Numbered from the stretch's first letter, positions 1 to 10,437 are shown. The stretch is DNA of 64,000 bases from Acidobacteriota bacterium (GCA_019244185.1 JAFATB010000014.1:63587-127586), one strand, 5' to 3'. Translations and numbers: made by a program. The notes: a model not told the origin generated them from the sequence alone.

Positions 1-1
1 C

Positions 2-1183
2 GCGCCCGGTACGACCTCGCAGACCGTGACCGTCGGCGTCGTCGGCGACACTGACGTCGAAGCCAACGAGACCTTCACCCTCGATCTCTCCGCGCCCGCG
101 GGCGCGACGATCGCGCGCGCACGTGGCACGGCCACGATCGTGAACGACGACTACGCGGCGCCGCCGTCAACGCTGCCGGCGCTTCGCATCAGCGACGTGC
201 GCGTCGCGGAAGGCGATCGCGGTCTCAGCGACGCCACGATCGTGGTGACGCTCAGCGCGCCGAGCGCCACCGACGTCACCGCCGACTTCAGCACCGCCGA
301 CGGCACGGCGACCGCCGGCGTCGATTACGCCGCGACGTCCGGCTCGGTCGTCGTTCCCGCCGGCACGCTGTCGCGCGCGATTCACGTGCCGATCGTCGGC
401 GACACCGCGGTCGAAGGCGACGAGACGTTCCACGTCCGCCTCTCCGGCGCGAACGGAGCGACGATCGCGTCCGGCGATGCGACGGTGACGATCGTCAACG
501 ACGATGCGGCCGCCACGGAAACGCGCGCGTACATCGCCGTCGCCGGCGCGACGCCCGGCGCATTCGGCTCGTTCTTCCGCACGACGCTCCAACTGCACAA
601 CGACAGCGACGCCGCGGCGTCGGGCAGCATTGTCTTCCATCTGATGACCGGCGGCACGCCGGCCACCGTTCCGTACACGCTCGCGCCGCACGAGACGAAG
701 GTGCTCGACGACGCGGCGCTGTCCGCCGGCATCGGCACCGCGGATGTCGTCGCGGAAGTCGGCGCGCTGCCGCTCGCGGTCGTGCGCATCACCAGCACGT
801 CGCCGTGTGGCACGGTCGGTCTCGCGACGGAGTCGCTCGATCCGGTGCGCGACGCGCTCACGGTTTCCGACCGTGCGATTCTGCTCGCGCCCTCCGACCT
901 CGGCACGTCGCGCTTCAACATCGGCGTCCGCGCGATCGGTCACGACGCGACGCTGCACCTTACGCTTCGCGATCGCAGCGGCAACGTGAAGACGCGCGTC
1001 GATCGCCAGTTCGACGCCGACACGCTCGTCCAGGTCGCCGCCTCCGATCTCCTCGGCGTCGCCGTCGCCGCGGACGATTCCGTGCTCGTCGAAGTCACGT
1101 CCGGCACGGCCATCGTCTACGCCTCCACCACCGACAACTCCTCGCAGGATCCGGCCATCCAGCTCGCCCGTCCGCTCCCCTGA
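2..1183 (+). CDS. Calx-beta repeat domain protein (C-terminal part; the ORF is open to the window edge, so 5' partial)
   Basis: Repeated blocks ending in GTATI/VNDD and TVTIVNDD are typical of Calx-beta repeats. The frame has no stop upstream of the GTG at position 26 back to position 2. Confidence 0.55.
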   Translation, partial: APGTTSQTVTVGVVGDTDVEANETFTLDLSAPAGATIARARGTATIVNDDYAAPPSTLPALRISDVRVAEGDRGLSDATIVVTLSAPSATDVTADFSTADGTATAGVDYAATSGSVVVPAGTLSRAIHVPIVGDTAVEGDETFHVRLSGANGATIASGDATVTIVNDDAAATETRAYIAVAGATPGAFGSFFRTTLQLHNDSDAAASGSIVFHLMTGGTPATVPYTLAPHETKVLDDAALSAGIGTADVVAEVGALPLAVVRITSTSPCGTVGLATESLDPVRDALTVSDRAILLAPSDLGTSRFNIGVRAIGHDATLHLTLRDRSGNVKTRVDRQFDADTLVQVAASDLLGVAVAADDSVLVEVTSGTAIVYASTTDNSSQDPAIQLARPLP

Positions 1184-1252
1184 GCGGACGGCGACCGGAC
1201 GGCGACCGGACGGCGGGCTGGCGGCGCGAACGTTGATAGAATCCGCCGCCTC

Positions 1253-2551
1253 ATGGCCACGACCACCGTTCGAATCAAGGATTTACCGCAGTACGTCGGC
1301 GAGACCGTCACGGTCAACGGCTGGCTGTACAACAAGCGCAGCTCCGGCAAGCTGCAGTTCCCGATCGTCCGCGACGGCAGCGGCGTCGTGCAGTGCGTCG
1401 TCTCGAAGAAGGAAGTCGACGAGACGTCGTGGAACGATTCCGACCGCGCCACGCAGGAGTCGACGCTCGCCGTGACCGGCAACGTCGTCTCGGAAACGCG
1501 CGCGCCCGGCGGCGTCGAGCTGCACGTGAAGGAAGTGCGCCTCATCGGCCTGGCCGATGCGTATCCGATCTCGCCGAAGGAACACGGCACCGACTTCCTC
1601 ATGAATCACCGCCATCTCTGGCTGCGCTCGATGAAGCAGCATCACGTGCTGCTCATCCGCAACGAGATCGAGAAGGCGATCCGCGACTTCTACTACGACC
1701 GCAACTTCGTCCTCATCGACTCGCCGATCCTCACCGCGAACGCCGCGGAAGGAACGTCGACGCTCTTCGAGACCGATTACTTCGGCGACAAGGCGTACCT
1801 CTCGCAGTCGGGGCAGCTCTACCTCGAGCCCGCGGCCGCGGCATTCGGAAAGGTCTACTGCTTCGGTCCCACGTTCCGCGCGGAGAAGTCGAAGACGCGC
1901 CGGCACCTCATGGAGTTCTGGATGGTGGAGCCGGAAGTCGCGTTCCTCGACTTCGACGGCTTGCAGGCGCTCGCCGAGGAGTTCATCGAGTACATCGTGG
2001 GGCGCGTGCTCGAGCGGCAGATGGAATCGCTCAAAGAGCTCGAGCGCGACATCACGAAGCTCGAACAGGTGAAGCGGCCGTTCCCGCGCATCACGTACCG
2101 CGACGCCATCGAGCTGCTGAAGTCGAAAGGCATGCCCGCGAACTTCGGCGACGACATCGGCGGCGATGAGGAAACCGTCATCGCGAACTCGTACGACCGT
2201 CCGGTGATCATCACGCGCTATCCCGCCGCGATCAAAGCCTTCTACATGCAGCCCGATCCGAACGATCCCGAGCTCGCCCTCGGCATGGACATGATCGCGC
2301 CCGAAGGCTACGGCGAGATCATCGGCGGCTCGCAGCGCATCCACGATCACGACCTGCTGCTGCAGCGCATCCAGGAGCACGGCCTGCCCGTCGACAAGTT
2401 CCAGTGGTACCTCGACGTCCGCAAGTACGGCACCTTCCCGCACTCCGGCTTCGGCATGGGCGTCGAACGCGTCGTCGCATGGATCAGCGGCGTGCCGCAC
2501 CTGCGCGAGACGATTCCGTATCCGCGCATGCTGAACAGGATCTATCCGTGA
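1253..2551 (+). CDS. asnS: asparagine--tRNA ligase
   Basis: 432 aa. N-terminal OB-fold ([17 protein letters not shown]). Class II aaRS motifs [19 protein letters not shown] and [10 protein letters not shown]. Length and C-terminus are typical of AsnRS rather than AspRS. Confidence 0.85.
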   Translation: MATTTVRIKDLPQYVGETVTVNGWLYNKRSSGKLQFPIVRDGSGVVQCVVSKKEVDETSWNDSDRATQESTLAVTGNVVSETRAPGGVELHVKEVRLIGLADAYPISPKEHGTDFLMNHRHLWLRSMKQHHVLLIRNEIEKAIRDFYYDRNFVLIDSPILTANAAEGTSTLFETDYFGDKAYLSQSGQLYLEPAAAAFGKVYCFGPTFRAEKSKTRRHLMEFWMVEPEVAFLDFDGLQALAEEFIEYIVGRVLERQMESLKELERDITKLEQVKRPFPRITYRDAIELLKSKGMPANFGDDIGGDEETVIANSYDRPVIITRYPAAIKAFYMQPDPNDPELALGMDMIAPEGYGEIIGGSQRIHDHDLLLQRIQEHGLPVDKFQWYLDVRKYGTFPHSGFGMGVERVVAWISGVPHLRETIPYPRMLNRIYP

Positions 2552-2568
2552 ACGATGATTGCTGAACG

Positions 2569-4272
2569 ATGAACGATGAACAGGTACCGATGAGCGAGCA
2601 CGCGACCAGCGACGATCGTTCATCGCTCATCGTTCCTCGTTCCTCGTTGCGCGTCATCCCCCTCGGCGGCCTCGGCGAGATCGGGATGAACCTCATGGTC
2701 TACGAGCTCGGCGACACCGCCATCCTCGTCGACTGCGGCATGATGTTCCCCGACGCCGCCACGCTCGGTGTCGACGTCATCGTTCCCGACATGACGTACC
2801 TCTTCGACAATGCGTCGAAGGTCAAGGCGCTCTTCCTCACGCACGGCCACGAAGACCACATCGGCGCCGTGCCGTTTCTCGTCGACGAGCTGCCGCTGCC
2901 GGTCTACGGCACGCCGCTTGCGCTCGGCTTCGTCGCCGACAAGCTCGCGGAGTTCGGCATCGAAGGCATCGAGCTGCGCGAGATCCAGCCGCGCGAGACC
3001 GTGACCATCGACGACTTCCGCATCGAGGCCATTCGCGTGACGCATTCGATCGTCGACGCCGTCGGCTACGCCATCTCGACGCCCGTGGGCACGATCATCC
3101 ATACCGGCGACTTCAAGATCGATCACACGCCGATCGATGCGAAGCCGACCGACCTCGCGCGCTTCGCGCAGTACGGCGAAGACGGCGTGCTGCTGCTCGT
3201 CAGCGACTCGACCAACGCGCTCGTGCCGGGACACGGACCTTCCGAGAAGAGCGTCGGCGGCGCGCTGGATCGACTCTTTGCGAATGCGAAAGGCCGCATT
3301 CTCGTGACGACGTTCGCGTCGCACATCCATCGCGTGCAGCAGGTCATCGACCTCGCGCGCAAGCATCGCCGCAAGGTCCTGCTCGTCGGCCGCTCGCTCG
3401 TCGACAACGTCGAAACCGCGGAGCGCCTCGGCTACCTCAAGTTCCCGCGCGAGACGCGCGCATCCGGCCCCGAACTCGCGCCGCGCGACCTCGTCATCAT
3501 GACCACGGGGACGCAGGGCGAGCCATCGTCCGCGCTCGCGCGCATGGCCGTCGGCGAGCACAAACAGGTCTCGATCGAACGCGGCGATCTCGTCGTCATC
3601 TCCGCGCGCACGATCCCGGGCAACGAGCGCGCCGTCGCGCACGTCATCGACAACCTCTATCGCCGCGGCGCCGAAGTCGTGCATCACGAGCAGCCGGACG
3701 TCCACGTCTCCGGCCACGCGTGCGAGGAAGAGCTGAAGCTGATGCTGAACGTCACGCGGCCGCGCTTCTTCATCCCCATGCACGGCACGCTGCGGCATCT
3801 CATCCACCACGCGCGTCTCGCCGAAGCGGTCGGCGTGCCGCACGGCGTCGTGATCACGAACGGCCAGGTCGCCGAACTGGACGGCGACGCGATCCACGTC
3901 CTCGAAGACCGCGTCGCGCACGGCAAAGTCTTCATCGACTCGGAAGCGGAGGAAGTGCCCGACGTCGTCGTGCGCGACCGCCAGCACCTCGCCGAAGACG
4001 GGTTCGTGATCGTGGTCGTCGCCGTCGACAACAACGGGCGCCTGATCCGCGATCCGGAGATCATCACGCGCGGTCTCGTGCACGTCGATGCGAGTCAGGA
4101 AATCCTCGCCGAGGTGCGCACGCTGCTCGTTGGCATGTTTGACGAAAGTCCGGCGGACGAGCTGCGCGACTCCGATCTGCTGCAGGAGAAGATGCGCGCG
4201 CTGCTGAAACGCTACTTCCGCAAAAGCATGGGACGGCGACCGATGATCCTGCCCGTGATCTGGGAGATGTGA
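2569..4272 (+). CDS. rnj: ribonuclease J (metallo-beta-lactamase/beta-CASP RNase)
   Basis: LRVIPLGGLGEIGMN, HGHEDHIGAVPFL (the MBL HxHxDH motif), an approximately 560 aa length and beta-CASP architecture. The start may be a downstream Met at about 2590. Confidence 0.8.
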   Translation: MNDEQVPMSEHATSDDRSSLIVPRSSLRVIPLGGLGEIGMNLMVYELGDTAILVDCGMMFPDAATLGVDVIVPDMTYLFDNASKVKALFLTHGHEDHIGAVPFLVDELPLPVYGTPLALGFVADKLAEFGIEGIELREIQPRETVTIDDFRIEAIRVTHSIVDAVGYAISTPVGTIIHTGDFKIDHTPIDAKPTDLARFAQYGEDGVLLLVSDSTNALVPGHGPSEKSVGGALDRLFANAKGRILVTTFASHIHRVQQVIDLARKHRRKVLLVGRSLVDNVETAERLGYLKFPRETRASGPELAPRDLVIMTTGTQGEPSSALARMAVGEHKQVSIERGDLVVISARTIPGNERAVAHVIDNLYRRGAEVVHHEQPDVHVSGHACEEELKLMLNVTRPRFFIPMHGTLRHLIHHARLAEAVGVPHGVVITNGQVAELDGDAIHVLEDRVAHGKVFIDSEAEEVPDVVVRDRQHLAEDGFVIVVVAVDNNGRLIRDPEIITRGLVHVDASQEILAEVRTLLVGMFDESPADELRDSDLLQEKMRALLKRYFRKSMGRRPMILPVIWEM

Positions 4273-5097
4273 ATGTCCATCCTCGAAGCGATCGTCCTCG
4301 GCCTCGTGCAGGGCCTCACCGAGTTCATTCCGATCTCGTCGAGCGCGCACCTCAAACTCGTCCCCGAGCTTCTCGGCTGGGGCGATCCCGGCGCCGCGGT
4401 CTCCGCGGTCATCCAGTTCGGCACCATCGTCGCCGTGATCATCTACTTCGCGCGCGACATCCTGCGGCTCATCGCCGGCTTCTTCCGCGGCCTCGTGACC
4501 CGGCGTCCGTTCGCCGATCAGGATTCCGCGGAAGCGTGGTACGTGATCGTCGCCACGATCCCGATCCTCGTCCTCGGCGTGCTGCTCAAGGACTTCATCC
4601 ACGGCGTCTTCCGCAGCACGTGGGTCATCACGATCCAGCTCGTGACGATCGCGGTGCTGCTGCAGCTCGCGGAAGCGTACGCGCGGCGCCGCGGCTTCCG
4701 CACGCGTGAGGACTTCAACATCAAAGACGCCGCGATCATGGGCGCGGGGCAGTGCATCGCGCTCATCCCCGGCTCGTCGCGCAGCGGCTCGACGATCATG
4801 ACCGCGCTCTTCCGCCGCATGACGCACGACTACGCCGCGCGTTTCTCGTTCCTGATGAGCATCCCCGCGATCACCGCCGCGGGCGTGTACGAGCTCTTCT
4901 CCGAACGCGCCGCGCTCGCGAAGATCGGCACGACGCCGATCGTCGTCTCGATCCTCGTCGCCTTCGTCTCCGGCTGGGCGTCGATCTGGTTCCTGCTGCG
5001 CTACCTGCGCACGCACACGACGCACGTTTTCATCTATTACCGCTACGTGCTCGCCGTCGTCGTCGCGATCGCGTTGTGGACGGGCTACATGAAATGA
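4273..5097 (+). CDS. uppP: undecaprenyl-diphosphatase
   Basis: MSILEAIVLGLVQGLTEFIPISSSAHL is the canonical BacA/UppP N-terminus. Multi-TM, 274 aa. Its start sits 1 nt after the rnj stop. Confidence 0.9.
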   Translation: MSILEAIVLGLVQGLTEFIPISSSAHLKLVPELLGWGDPGAAVSAVIQFGTIVAVIIYFARDILRLIAGFFRGLVTRRPFADQDSAEAWYVIVATIPILVLGVLLKDFIHGVFRSTWVITIQLVTIAVLLQLAEAYARRRGFRTREDFNIKDAAIMGAGQCIALIPGSSRSGSTIMTALFRRMTHDYAARFSFLMSIPAITAAGVYELFSERAALAKIGTTPIVVSILVAFVSGWASIWFLLRYLRTHTTHVFIYYRYVLAVVVAIALWTGYMK

Positions 5098-5735
5098 AGC
5101 GCGCCACCGCGATCCTCGTTCTTCTGGCATGCTGCACGCCGATGCCCGCCGCGCCGCACGCCCGCTATCTCGCCCTCGGCGACTCGTACACGATCGGCGA
5201 GAGCGTCGCGGCGTCGGAACGCTTTCCGATGCAACTCGCGGCGCTGCTGAAGCTCGGTGAGCCGGAGATCATCGCTAAGACCGGCTGGACGACCGACGAG
5301 CTGAACGCCGCCATCGACGCCGCGAAGCCGCACGGTCCATACGAGCTCGTCACGCTGCTCATCGGCGTCAACAATCAATACCGCGGCCGCGACACGGAGC
5401 AGTACCGGCGCGAGTTCGCGGCGCTGCTGCAGCGCGCGATCGGCTTCGCCGGCGGCAACGCGAAGCACGTCGTCGTCGTCTCGATTCCCGACTGGGGCAT
5501 CACGCCGTTCGCCGAAGGCCGCGACCGCGCGAAGATCGGCCGCGAGATCGATCGCTTCAACTCAATCAATCGCGAGGAAACGCAACGCGCCGGCGCGCAC
5601 TATGCGGACATCACGCCGGTCTCGCGCCGCGAGACGACGCTCATCGCGCCGGACGGACTCCATCCGTCGGGAGCGATGTACACGAAGTGGGTGGATGTGA
5701 TCGCGCCGGAAGCGCGGGCAGCGCTCGCGCGCTAA
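5094..5735 (+). CDS. SGNH/GDSL-family hydrolase, lipoprotein-like signal
   Basis: MKRATAILVLLACC signal followed by the YLALGDSYTIG GDSL motif. The ATG overlaps the uppP stop (ATGAAATGA). The ORF-track start at 4752 is unlikely because it overlaps uppP. Confidence 0.7.
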   Translation: MKRATAILVLLACCTPMPAAPHARYLALGDSYTIGESVAASERFPMQLAALLKLGEPEIIAKTGWTTDELNAAIDAAKPHGPYELVTLLIGVNNQYRGRDTEQYRREFAALLQRAIGFAGGNAKHVVVVSIPDWGITPFAEGRDRAKIGREIDRFNSINREETQRAGAHYADITPVSRRETTLIAPDGLHPSGAMYTKWVDVIAPEARAALAR

Positions 5736-6277
5736 TCGGACAAAACCTGCACTTCGGGGATGTTGCGGTACTTCTCCGCGAAGTCGAGGCCGTAGCCGAT
5801 CACGAACTGCGGGTCGATGCTGAAGCCGACGTACTCGGGCGTGAACGGCACCTTGCGCGCCTTCGGCTTGTCGAGGAACGCCGCGGTCTTCACTTTCGCC
5901 GCGCCGCGGCTCTCGATGTAGTTGTGCACCTCGCGGATGGAGAGGCCGCTGTCGATGATGTCCTCGACGATCAGCACGCTCTTGCCGCGCATGTCGAGCT
6001 GCGGCTCCTTGAGGATCGTGACCACGCCCGACGAGTATTTCTGGTTGCCGTAGCTCGAGATCTGGATGAAGTCGAGCGCGACGTCCATGGTCATGTTGCG
6101 CACCAGATCGGCGCAGAAGAACATCGCTCCTTTGAGCACGCAGAGCGCGATCAGTTCCGTGCCGGCGAACTCCGCTTCGATCTCGCGCGCCATCTCGGCC
6201 ACGCGCCCGTCGATCTGTTCACGAGAGATTAACGTCGTCTGTGCCATTCGTGCCAGAATCATAGCATCGGGTTTCAA
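5732..6277 (-). CDS. hpt: hypoxanthine phosphoribosyltransferase
   Basis: PRTase motif VLIVEDIIDSGLS, an approximately 180 aa length and HPRT-like N-terminus. The real start may be an internal Met (6262 or 6247), because position 6277 abuts the divergent gene. Confidence 0.8.
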   Translation of the reverse strand: MKPDAMILARMAQTTLISREQIDGRVAEMAREIEAEFAGTELIALCVLKGAMFFCADLVRNMTMDVALDFIQISSYGNQKYSSGVVTILKEPQLDMRGKSVLIVEDIIDSGLSIREVHNYIESRGAAKVKTAAFLDKPKARKVPFTPEYVGFSIDPQFVIGYGLDFAEKYRNIPEVQVLSD

Positions 6278-6278
6278 C

Positions 6279-7841
6279 GTGTCCGTCGCTGACGTCGAAG
6301 CACTCCATGCACGCTACGTGAGGGTCGCCGATCGCTTCAAAGCGATCTGGACGTACCACCAGTTCGCGACGGGAATCTTCCGCAATCTGCTCGACCGGCC
6401 GGCGCCGTATCAGCTCGATTTCAAGCGCGTCTACGAACGCATCCGCAAGGCCGGCGGGAAGCTGAATGAAGCCGAAGCCGCCGACGCGCGCGACGCCCTC
6501 GATGCCGCCGCACGCGCCCTCGACGACGCCACGAAAGCGCTCCTCGGCGCCGACGACGCCATCGCCACCTCGCTCGTCCGCCGCTTCTTCGACAAGCTCA
6601 ATCTCAAAGACGAAGAGATCATCTACTTCCTCATCAAGTTCTATCTCTACGCGGACGCCGTCGAAGGCGACCGCCGCGACAAGCTCGATTTCTTCTTCAC
6701 GCGCATCGGCGAGGAACTGCTGCCCGAGCGCGGCGCCTACATCTCGCGCGAGTCGCTCGAGTTCCGCGAGCGCGTCATCGCCCTCGTCTCCGCGATGCGC
6801 ACCGCGCCCGCGCCGCGCGACGAGGTGCTGCGCATCATCCGCGCGATCCGTTCGATGCGCGACGAGATGCAGCAGGCCACGACGTTCGAGGACCTGACCG
6901 ACCGTCACCTGCTGAAGAACGCGCGCACGTTCAAGCACCGCATCGGCGATCTCTACTTCGACCCCGACGTGCTCCTCGCCGTCGTCGAGCTGAATGTCGC
7001 CGCGAAGAACCGCTTCATCGAGCTCTATCAAATCGAGGAGCAGCGCATCCTCGAGGACTCGCAGAAGCTCCTCGCGCACGGCGACGCGATCGAGCGCAAC
7101 TTCGGCGAGACGAACCCCGAGCTCGCCGAAGCGATCGGCCGGTTCCGCGAATACAAGGAGCGCTTCGACGCGCTGCGCGCGGAGTCGAACGTGAAGCACG
7201 ACCTCGTGACGCAGCTCAAGACCAGCATCGGCGAGGTGCTCTCGCAGCTCGACCGCGGCCTCGCGCAGGACTCGGCCAGCATCGACGACGACGTCGAGGA
7301 ACTGCCGCCGGCGTTCTTCGACGAACAGCAGCAGGTCGAGACGATGAGCGAGCGCTTCGGACGCCACGATCCGCTGCTGCCGCAGCTCGTGCGCATCGCG
7401 TCGGCGCTCGACTATCTCTCCGTCGAGATCGCACCCGAAGAAGTGATCGAGCTGCCCGCCGCGCGCGAGCTGCGCCTCGAGGCGTGGGAAGTGGCCGCGT
7501 ATCAGAAGCTCTTCGAGCGCCGGCCGCCCGACGCGGAAGAGGATACCGAGGAGCTGTGGATGCTGTTCGTGCGCGCGGCGGCGCTGCGGATCAAGGTGGA
7601 CGAAGAGGCGACGATCCTCGCCACGACGATGGCCGCCGGCGTGAGGCCGGAACCGGAGCTGCTCGCGCGCGCGAAGAAGAGCCTCGACCTCGCGAAAGAG
7701 CTCGACGAGCAGTTCGGCGACTTCCTGCAGGAGGCGGTCTACTACTCGAACCGGCCGATCCTGCACCAGCTCTACCGTTCGCGTTTCCGGCTGCTGCGCG
7801 GCTTCTCGGGGCTCTGGCTGATTTATGATCGCCAGTCGTGA
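6279..7841 (+). CDS. hypothetical all-alpha-helical protein (about 520 aa)
   Basis: Long ORF with coding-like codon usage. A GTG at 6279 avoids overlap with hpt. I recognise no family. Confidence 0.5.
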   Translation: MSVADVEALHARYVRVADRFKAIWTYHQFATGIFRNLLDRPAPYQLDFKRVYERIRKAGGKLNEAEAADARDALDAAARALDDATKALLGADDAIATSLVRRFFDKLNLKDEEIIYFLIKFYLYADAVEGDRRDKLDFFFTRIGEELLPERGAYISRESLEFRERVIALVSAMRTAPAPRDEVLRIIRAIRSMRDEMQQATTFEDLTDRHLLKNARTFKHRIGDLYFDPDVLLAVVELNVAAKNRFIELYQIEEQRILEDSQKLLAHGDAIERNFGETNPELAEAIGRFREYKERFDALRAESNVKHDLVTQLKTSIGEVLSQLDRGLAQDSASIDDDVEELPPAFFDEQQQVETMSERFGRHDPLLPQLVRIASALDYLSVEIAPEEVIELPAARELRLEAWEVAAYQKLFERRPPDAEEDTEELWMLFVRAAALRIKVDEEATILATTMAAGVRPEPELLARAKKSLDLAKELDEQFGDFLQEAVYYSNRPILHQLYRSRFRLLRGFSGLWLIYDRQS

Positions 7842-8521
7842 AGACGTATCGCTTCGAGCACAACGGCCGCATCTCCGAATCCTCCGAGCTTCCTGAAGGC
7901 GCGCGACTCCTCGCGCCGGTCACGCCGTCGAAGATCGTCTGCATCGGCCGCAACTACGCCGATCACGCGAAGGAGCTCGGCAACGAGGCGCCGTCCGAGC
8001 CGATCATTTTTCTCAAGCCGCCGAGCGCACTGCTCGATCCCGGCGCGACCATCGTGCGTCCGGCGATGTCGCAGCGCGTCGACTTCGAAGGCGAGCTGGC
8101 GATCGTCATCGGACGCACCGCGAAGAACGTGAAGGCGGCGCAGTGGCGCGGCGTCGTGCGCGGTTTCACCTGCGCGAATGACGTGACCGCGCGCGATCTG
8201 CAAAAGAAGGACGTTCAGTTCACGCGCGGCAAAGGCTTCGACACGTTCTGCCCGCTCGGCCCCTGCATCGAGGACGATCTCGACGTTGCCGATCTGCGCC
8301 TCACGACGCGCGTCGACGGCGCGACGCGGCAGGACGGCCGCACGTCGCAGATGATCTTCGCCTGCGATTTCCTCGTCGAGTTCATCACCTCCATCATGAC
8401 GCTCGTGCCCGGCGATGTGATCCTCACCGGCACGCCCGCTGGCGTCGGCCCGCTGCAAAGCGGCGAGACGGTGGAGGTGGAAATCGAAGGCGTCGGCGTC
8501 CTGCACAATGACGTTCGATGA
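7838..8521 (+). CDS. fumarylacetoacetate hydrolase (FAH) family protein
   Basis: KIVCIGRNYADHAKELG...FEGELAIVIGR motifs of FAH/HpcE-type hydratases. 4-nt overlap with the upstream gene. Confidence 0.75.
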   Translation: MKTYRFEHNGRISESSELPEGARLLAPVTPSKIVCIGRNYADHAKELGNEAPSEPIIFLKPPSALLDPGATIVRPAMSQRVDFEGELAIVIGRTAKNVKAAQWRGVVRGFTCANDVTARDLQKKDVQFTRGKGFDTFCPLGPCIEDDLDVADLRLTTRVDGATRQDGRTSQMIFACDFLVEFITSIMTLVPGDVILTGTPAGVGPLQSGETVEVEIEGVGVLHNDVR

Positions 8522-9600
8522 CGAATTGGCGTGAGCAGCTCACGCAACTCTTCCCCGCGCTCGCGCATCTGAGCGACGACTCCTACGTCGTCGGCGGCGC
8601 GATCCGCGATCTCCTCCTCGGACGCACGCCCGCCGACGCCGACGTGGCCTGTCTCGACCCTCTCACCGCCGCGCGTCGCGTCAGCCCGCGCGTGATCCGC
8701 CTCGGCAATCAGGAGCACCTGAGCGCATACCGCGTCGTGCTCCCGAATCACATCTACGACTTCGCCGCGCTCCTCGACGGCCACATCGACGCCGATCTCG
8801 CGCGCCGCGACTTCACGATCAACGCGATGGCCGTCGATCTTCGCGCCGATGAGCTCCTCGACCCGCACGGCGGCCAGCGCGACGTCGCCGCGCGCACCGT
8901 GCGCATGGTTCGCCCCGAGAACTTCGACGACGATCCGCTGCGGACGCTGAAAGCGATCCGCATGGCCGTGAAGTACGACTTCACCATCGACGACGCGACG
9001 ATCGCCGCGATCCGCTCCCGCGCGCATCGCATCACCGAGGTCGCCACCGAGCGCGTGCTCTACGAGCTGACGGTGATCCTGTCCTCGAACGCGCTCCGCA
9101 AAGCCGTCGCACTCTTCGACGCCACCGCTCTCGCCGAACCCCTCGGCCTCCACCTCCGCGCACTCCACGCCGACGAAGTCCCCCTCGCCGCCGCCCTCGC
9201 GCTGCTCGTCGACGATCCGCGCGCATCCGCCGAACGCTGGCGCTGGAGCGATGCGCTGCTCCACGACGTGCTGGCCCTGCAGCACCTCGTCGACCATCAC
9301 GACCGCATCGCCCTCTTCGACGCCGGCGAATCCGTCGCGCGCCAGCTGCCGCCACTCCTCCGCGCCCTCGGCCGCGACGACGCGCTCGACTTCCCCGACT
9401 TCACGACGCGCGCGCTCCTCACCGGCAACGAGATCGCACAACTCGCGAACGTCCCACGCGGCCCCGAACTCGGCGCGCTCAAACGCGCCCTTCTCGAAGC
9501 GCAACTGCGCGGCGAGGTGGTGACGCGTGCCGACGCTGAGAGATACGTTGGGGAGTCGACCGTGAGGCCTCCGGCGGGCCGGCCCGGCCGGCAGCGCTAA
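8518..9600 (+). CDS. CCA tRNA nucleotidyltransferase / poly(A) polymerase family protein
   Basis: VVGGAIRDLLLGRTPADADVA is the polymerase-beta nucleotidyltransferase head-domain motif. Class II CCA/PcnB-like body. The C-terminal tail is encoded within one arm of a long palindrome. Confidence 0.7.
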   Translation: MTNWREQLTQLFPALAHLSDDSYVVGGAIRDLLLGRTPADADVACLDPLTAARRVSPRVIRLGNQEHLSAYRVVLPNHIYDFAALLDGHIDADLARRDFTINAMAVDLRADELLDPHGGQRDVAARTVRMVRPENFDDDPLRTLKAIRMAVKYDFTIDDATIAAIRSRAHRITEVATERVLYELTVILSSNALRKAVALFDATALAEPLGLHLRALHADEVPLAAALALLVDDPRASAERWRWSDALLHDVLALQHLVDHHDRIALFDAGESVARQLPPLLRALGRDDALDFPDFTTRALLTGNEIAQLANVPRGPELGALKRALLEAQLRGEVVTRADAERYVGESTVRPPAGRPGRQR

Positions 9601-9710
9601 GGGCCTAGCCGCGACGCACGTGCGGCTGCCGTGAACGACGTTAACTGCAGCCGCACGTGCGGATAGGCTAAGCCCTTAGCGCTGCCGGCCGCGCCGGCCC
9701 GCCGGAGGCC
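9568..9710. terminator. Long imperfect inverted repeat (about 60-bp arms, about 17-nt loop) between convergent genes. Candidate bidirectional terminator or REP-like element.
   Basis: Left arm gaggcctccggcgggccggcccggccggcagcgctaagggcctagccgcgacgcacgtgcggctgc. The right arm is its near-perfect reverse complement, centred on gttaac at about 9638. Confidence 0.5.
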
Positions 9711-9733
9711 TCTCGTCGTCTCCTCGTCGTCCC

Positions 9734-10399
9734 TCAGCGACTCAGCGTCACGTTCACTTCGCCGACGGTCGTGTGCACGTTCACGTGGGAGCGGCCGCCG
9801 GTGGGGTTCACGAAGTGCGTGCGGCCGGGGAGGATGCCTTCGCGGTCGACGAGTTGGGTGCCGAGGTTGGCGTGGACCTCGCCGATGCGGCTAGAGGCGT
9901 TGAGCTCGTGGACGGAGTCGCGGGGGACGTTCACGCGGATCTCGCCGGCGCGGAGGCCGATCTCGAGATCGCCGAAGTTGCCGTCGACGTCGATCTCGCC
10001 GGCGGAGGTGGCGAACTCCACGTCGACGCCGGGCGGGAGCTCGATGCGGACGTCGATGCCGGTGAACTTGCGCGCGCGCCAGCTGTCGGCCTGCGGGCCG
10101 AACTTGCGGCGGAGGGTGGCTTGGGCGCCGTTGACGACGAACTCGATCGACGTGTCGTCGACGACCTTCTGCGCCCAGTCACGTTCGTGCTGGCCGTCGT
10201 AGTCGCGGGACGCGATGCCGGAGAGCGCAAGGCGATCGGCGGTGCCGTTGCGGACGGTGAACGTGCCGAAGGGGACGTCGATGAGGACGCGCTGGACCTG
10301 GCCGCGGGGGACGGTGGATTGGAAGCGGTGTTCGACGTCGACGGCGAAGGCGGACGACGCGAGGAGGAGCGAGACGGTGGCGGCGAGGAGGATGCGCAT
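9734..10399 (-). CDS. secreted DUF4097-like (putative beta-helical adhesin-like) protein
   Basis: N-terminal signal peptide MRILLAATVSLLLASSAFA. The repetitive G/D/V-rich beta-strand composition is typical of the DUF4097 family. Confidence 0.5.
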   Translation of the reverse strand: MRILLAATVSLLLASSAFAVDVEHRFQSTVPRGQVQRVLIDVPFGTFTVRNGTADRLALSGIASRDYDGQHERDWAQKVVDDTSIEFVVNGAQATLRRKFGPQADSWRARKFTGIDVRIELPPGVDVEFATSAGEIDVDGNFGDLEIGLRAGEIRVNVPRDSVHELNASSRIGEVHANLGTQLVDREGILPGRTHFVNPTGGRSHVNVHTTVGEVNVTLSR

Positions 10400-10437
10400 G
10401 ATGTCAGTTACGCGGCGACGGCGCGAAAAGTTGCGAG

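Noticed and set aside
167-958. Long antisense ORFs opposite recognisable genes (e.g. 167..958 -, 1283..2623 -, 2620..5130 -, 6219..7766 -, 15927..17171 -, 19207..21126 +, 25647..29705 -, 31217..35338 -, 35685..36875 -, 55904..59053 -)
   Set aside because: They lie antisense to ORFs with clear family motifs, are Arg/Ala/Gly-rich low-complexity translations typical of 70% GC DNA, and lack RBS or start context. I treated them as GC artefacts.
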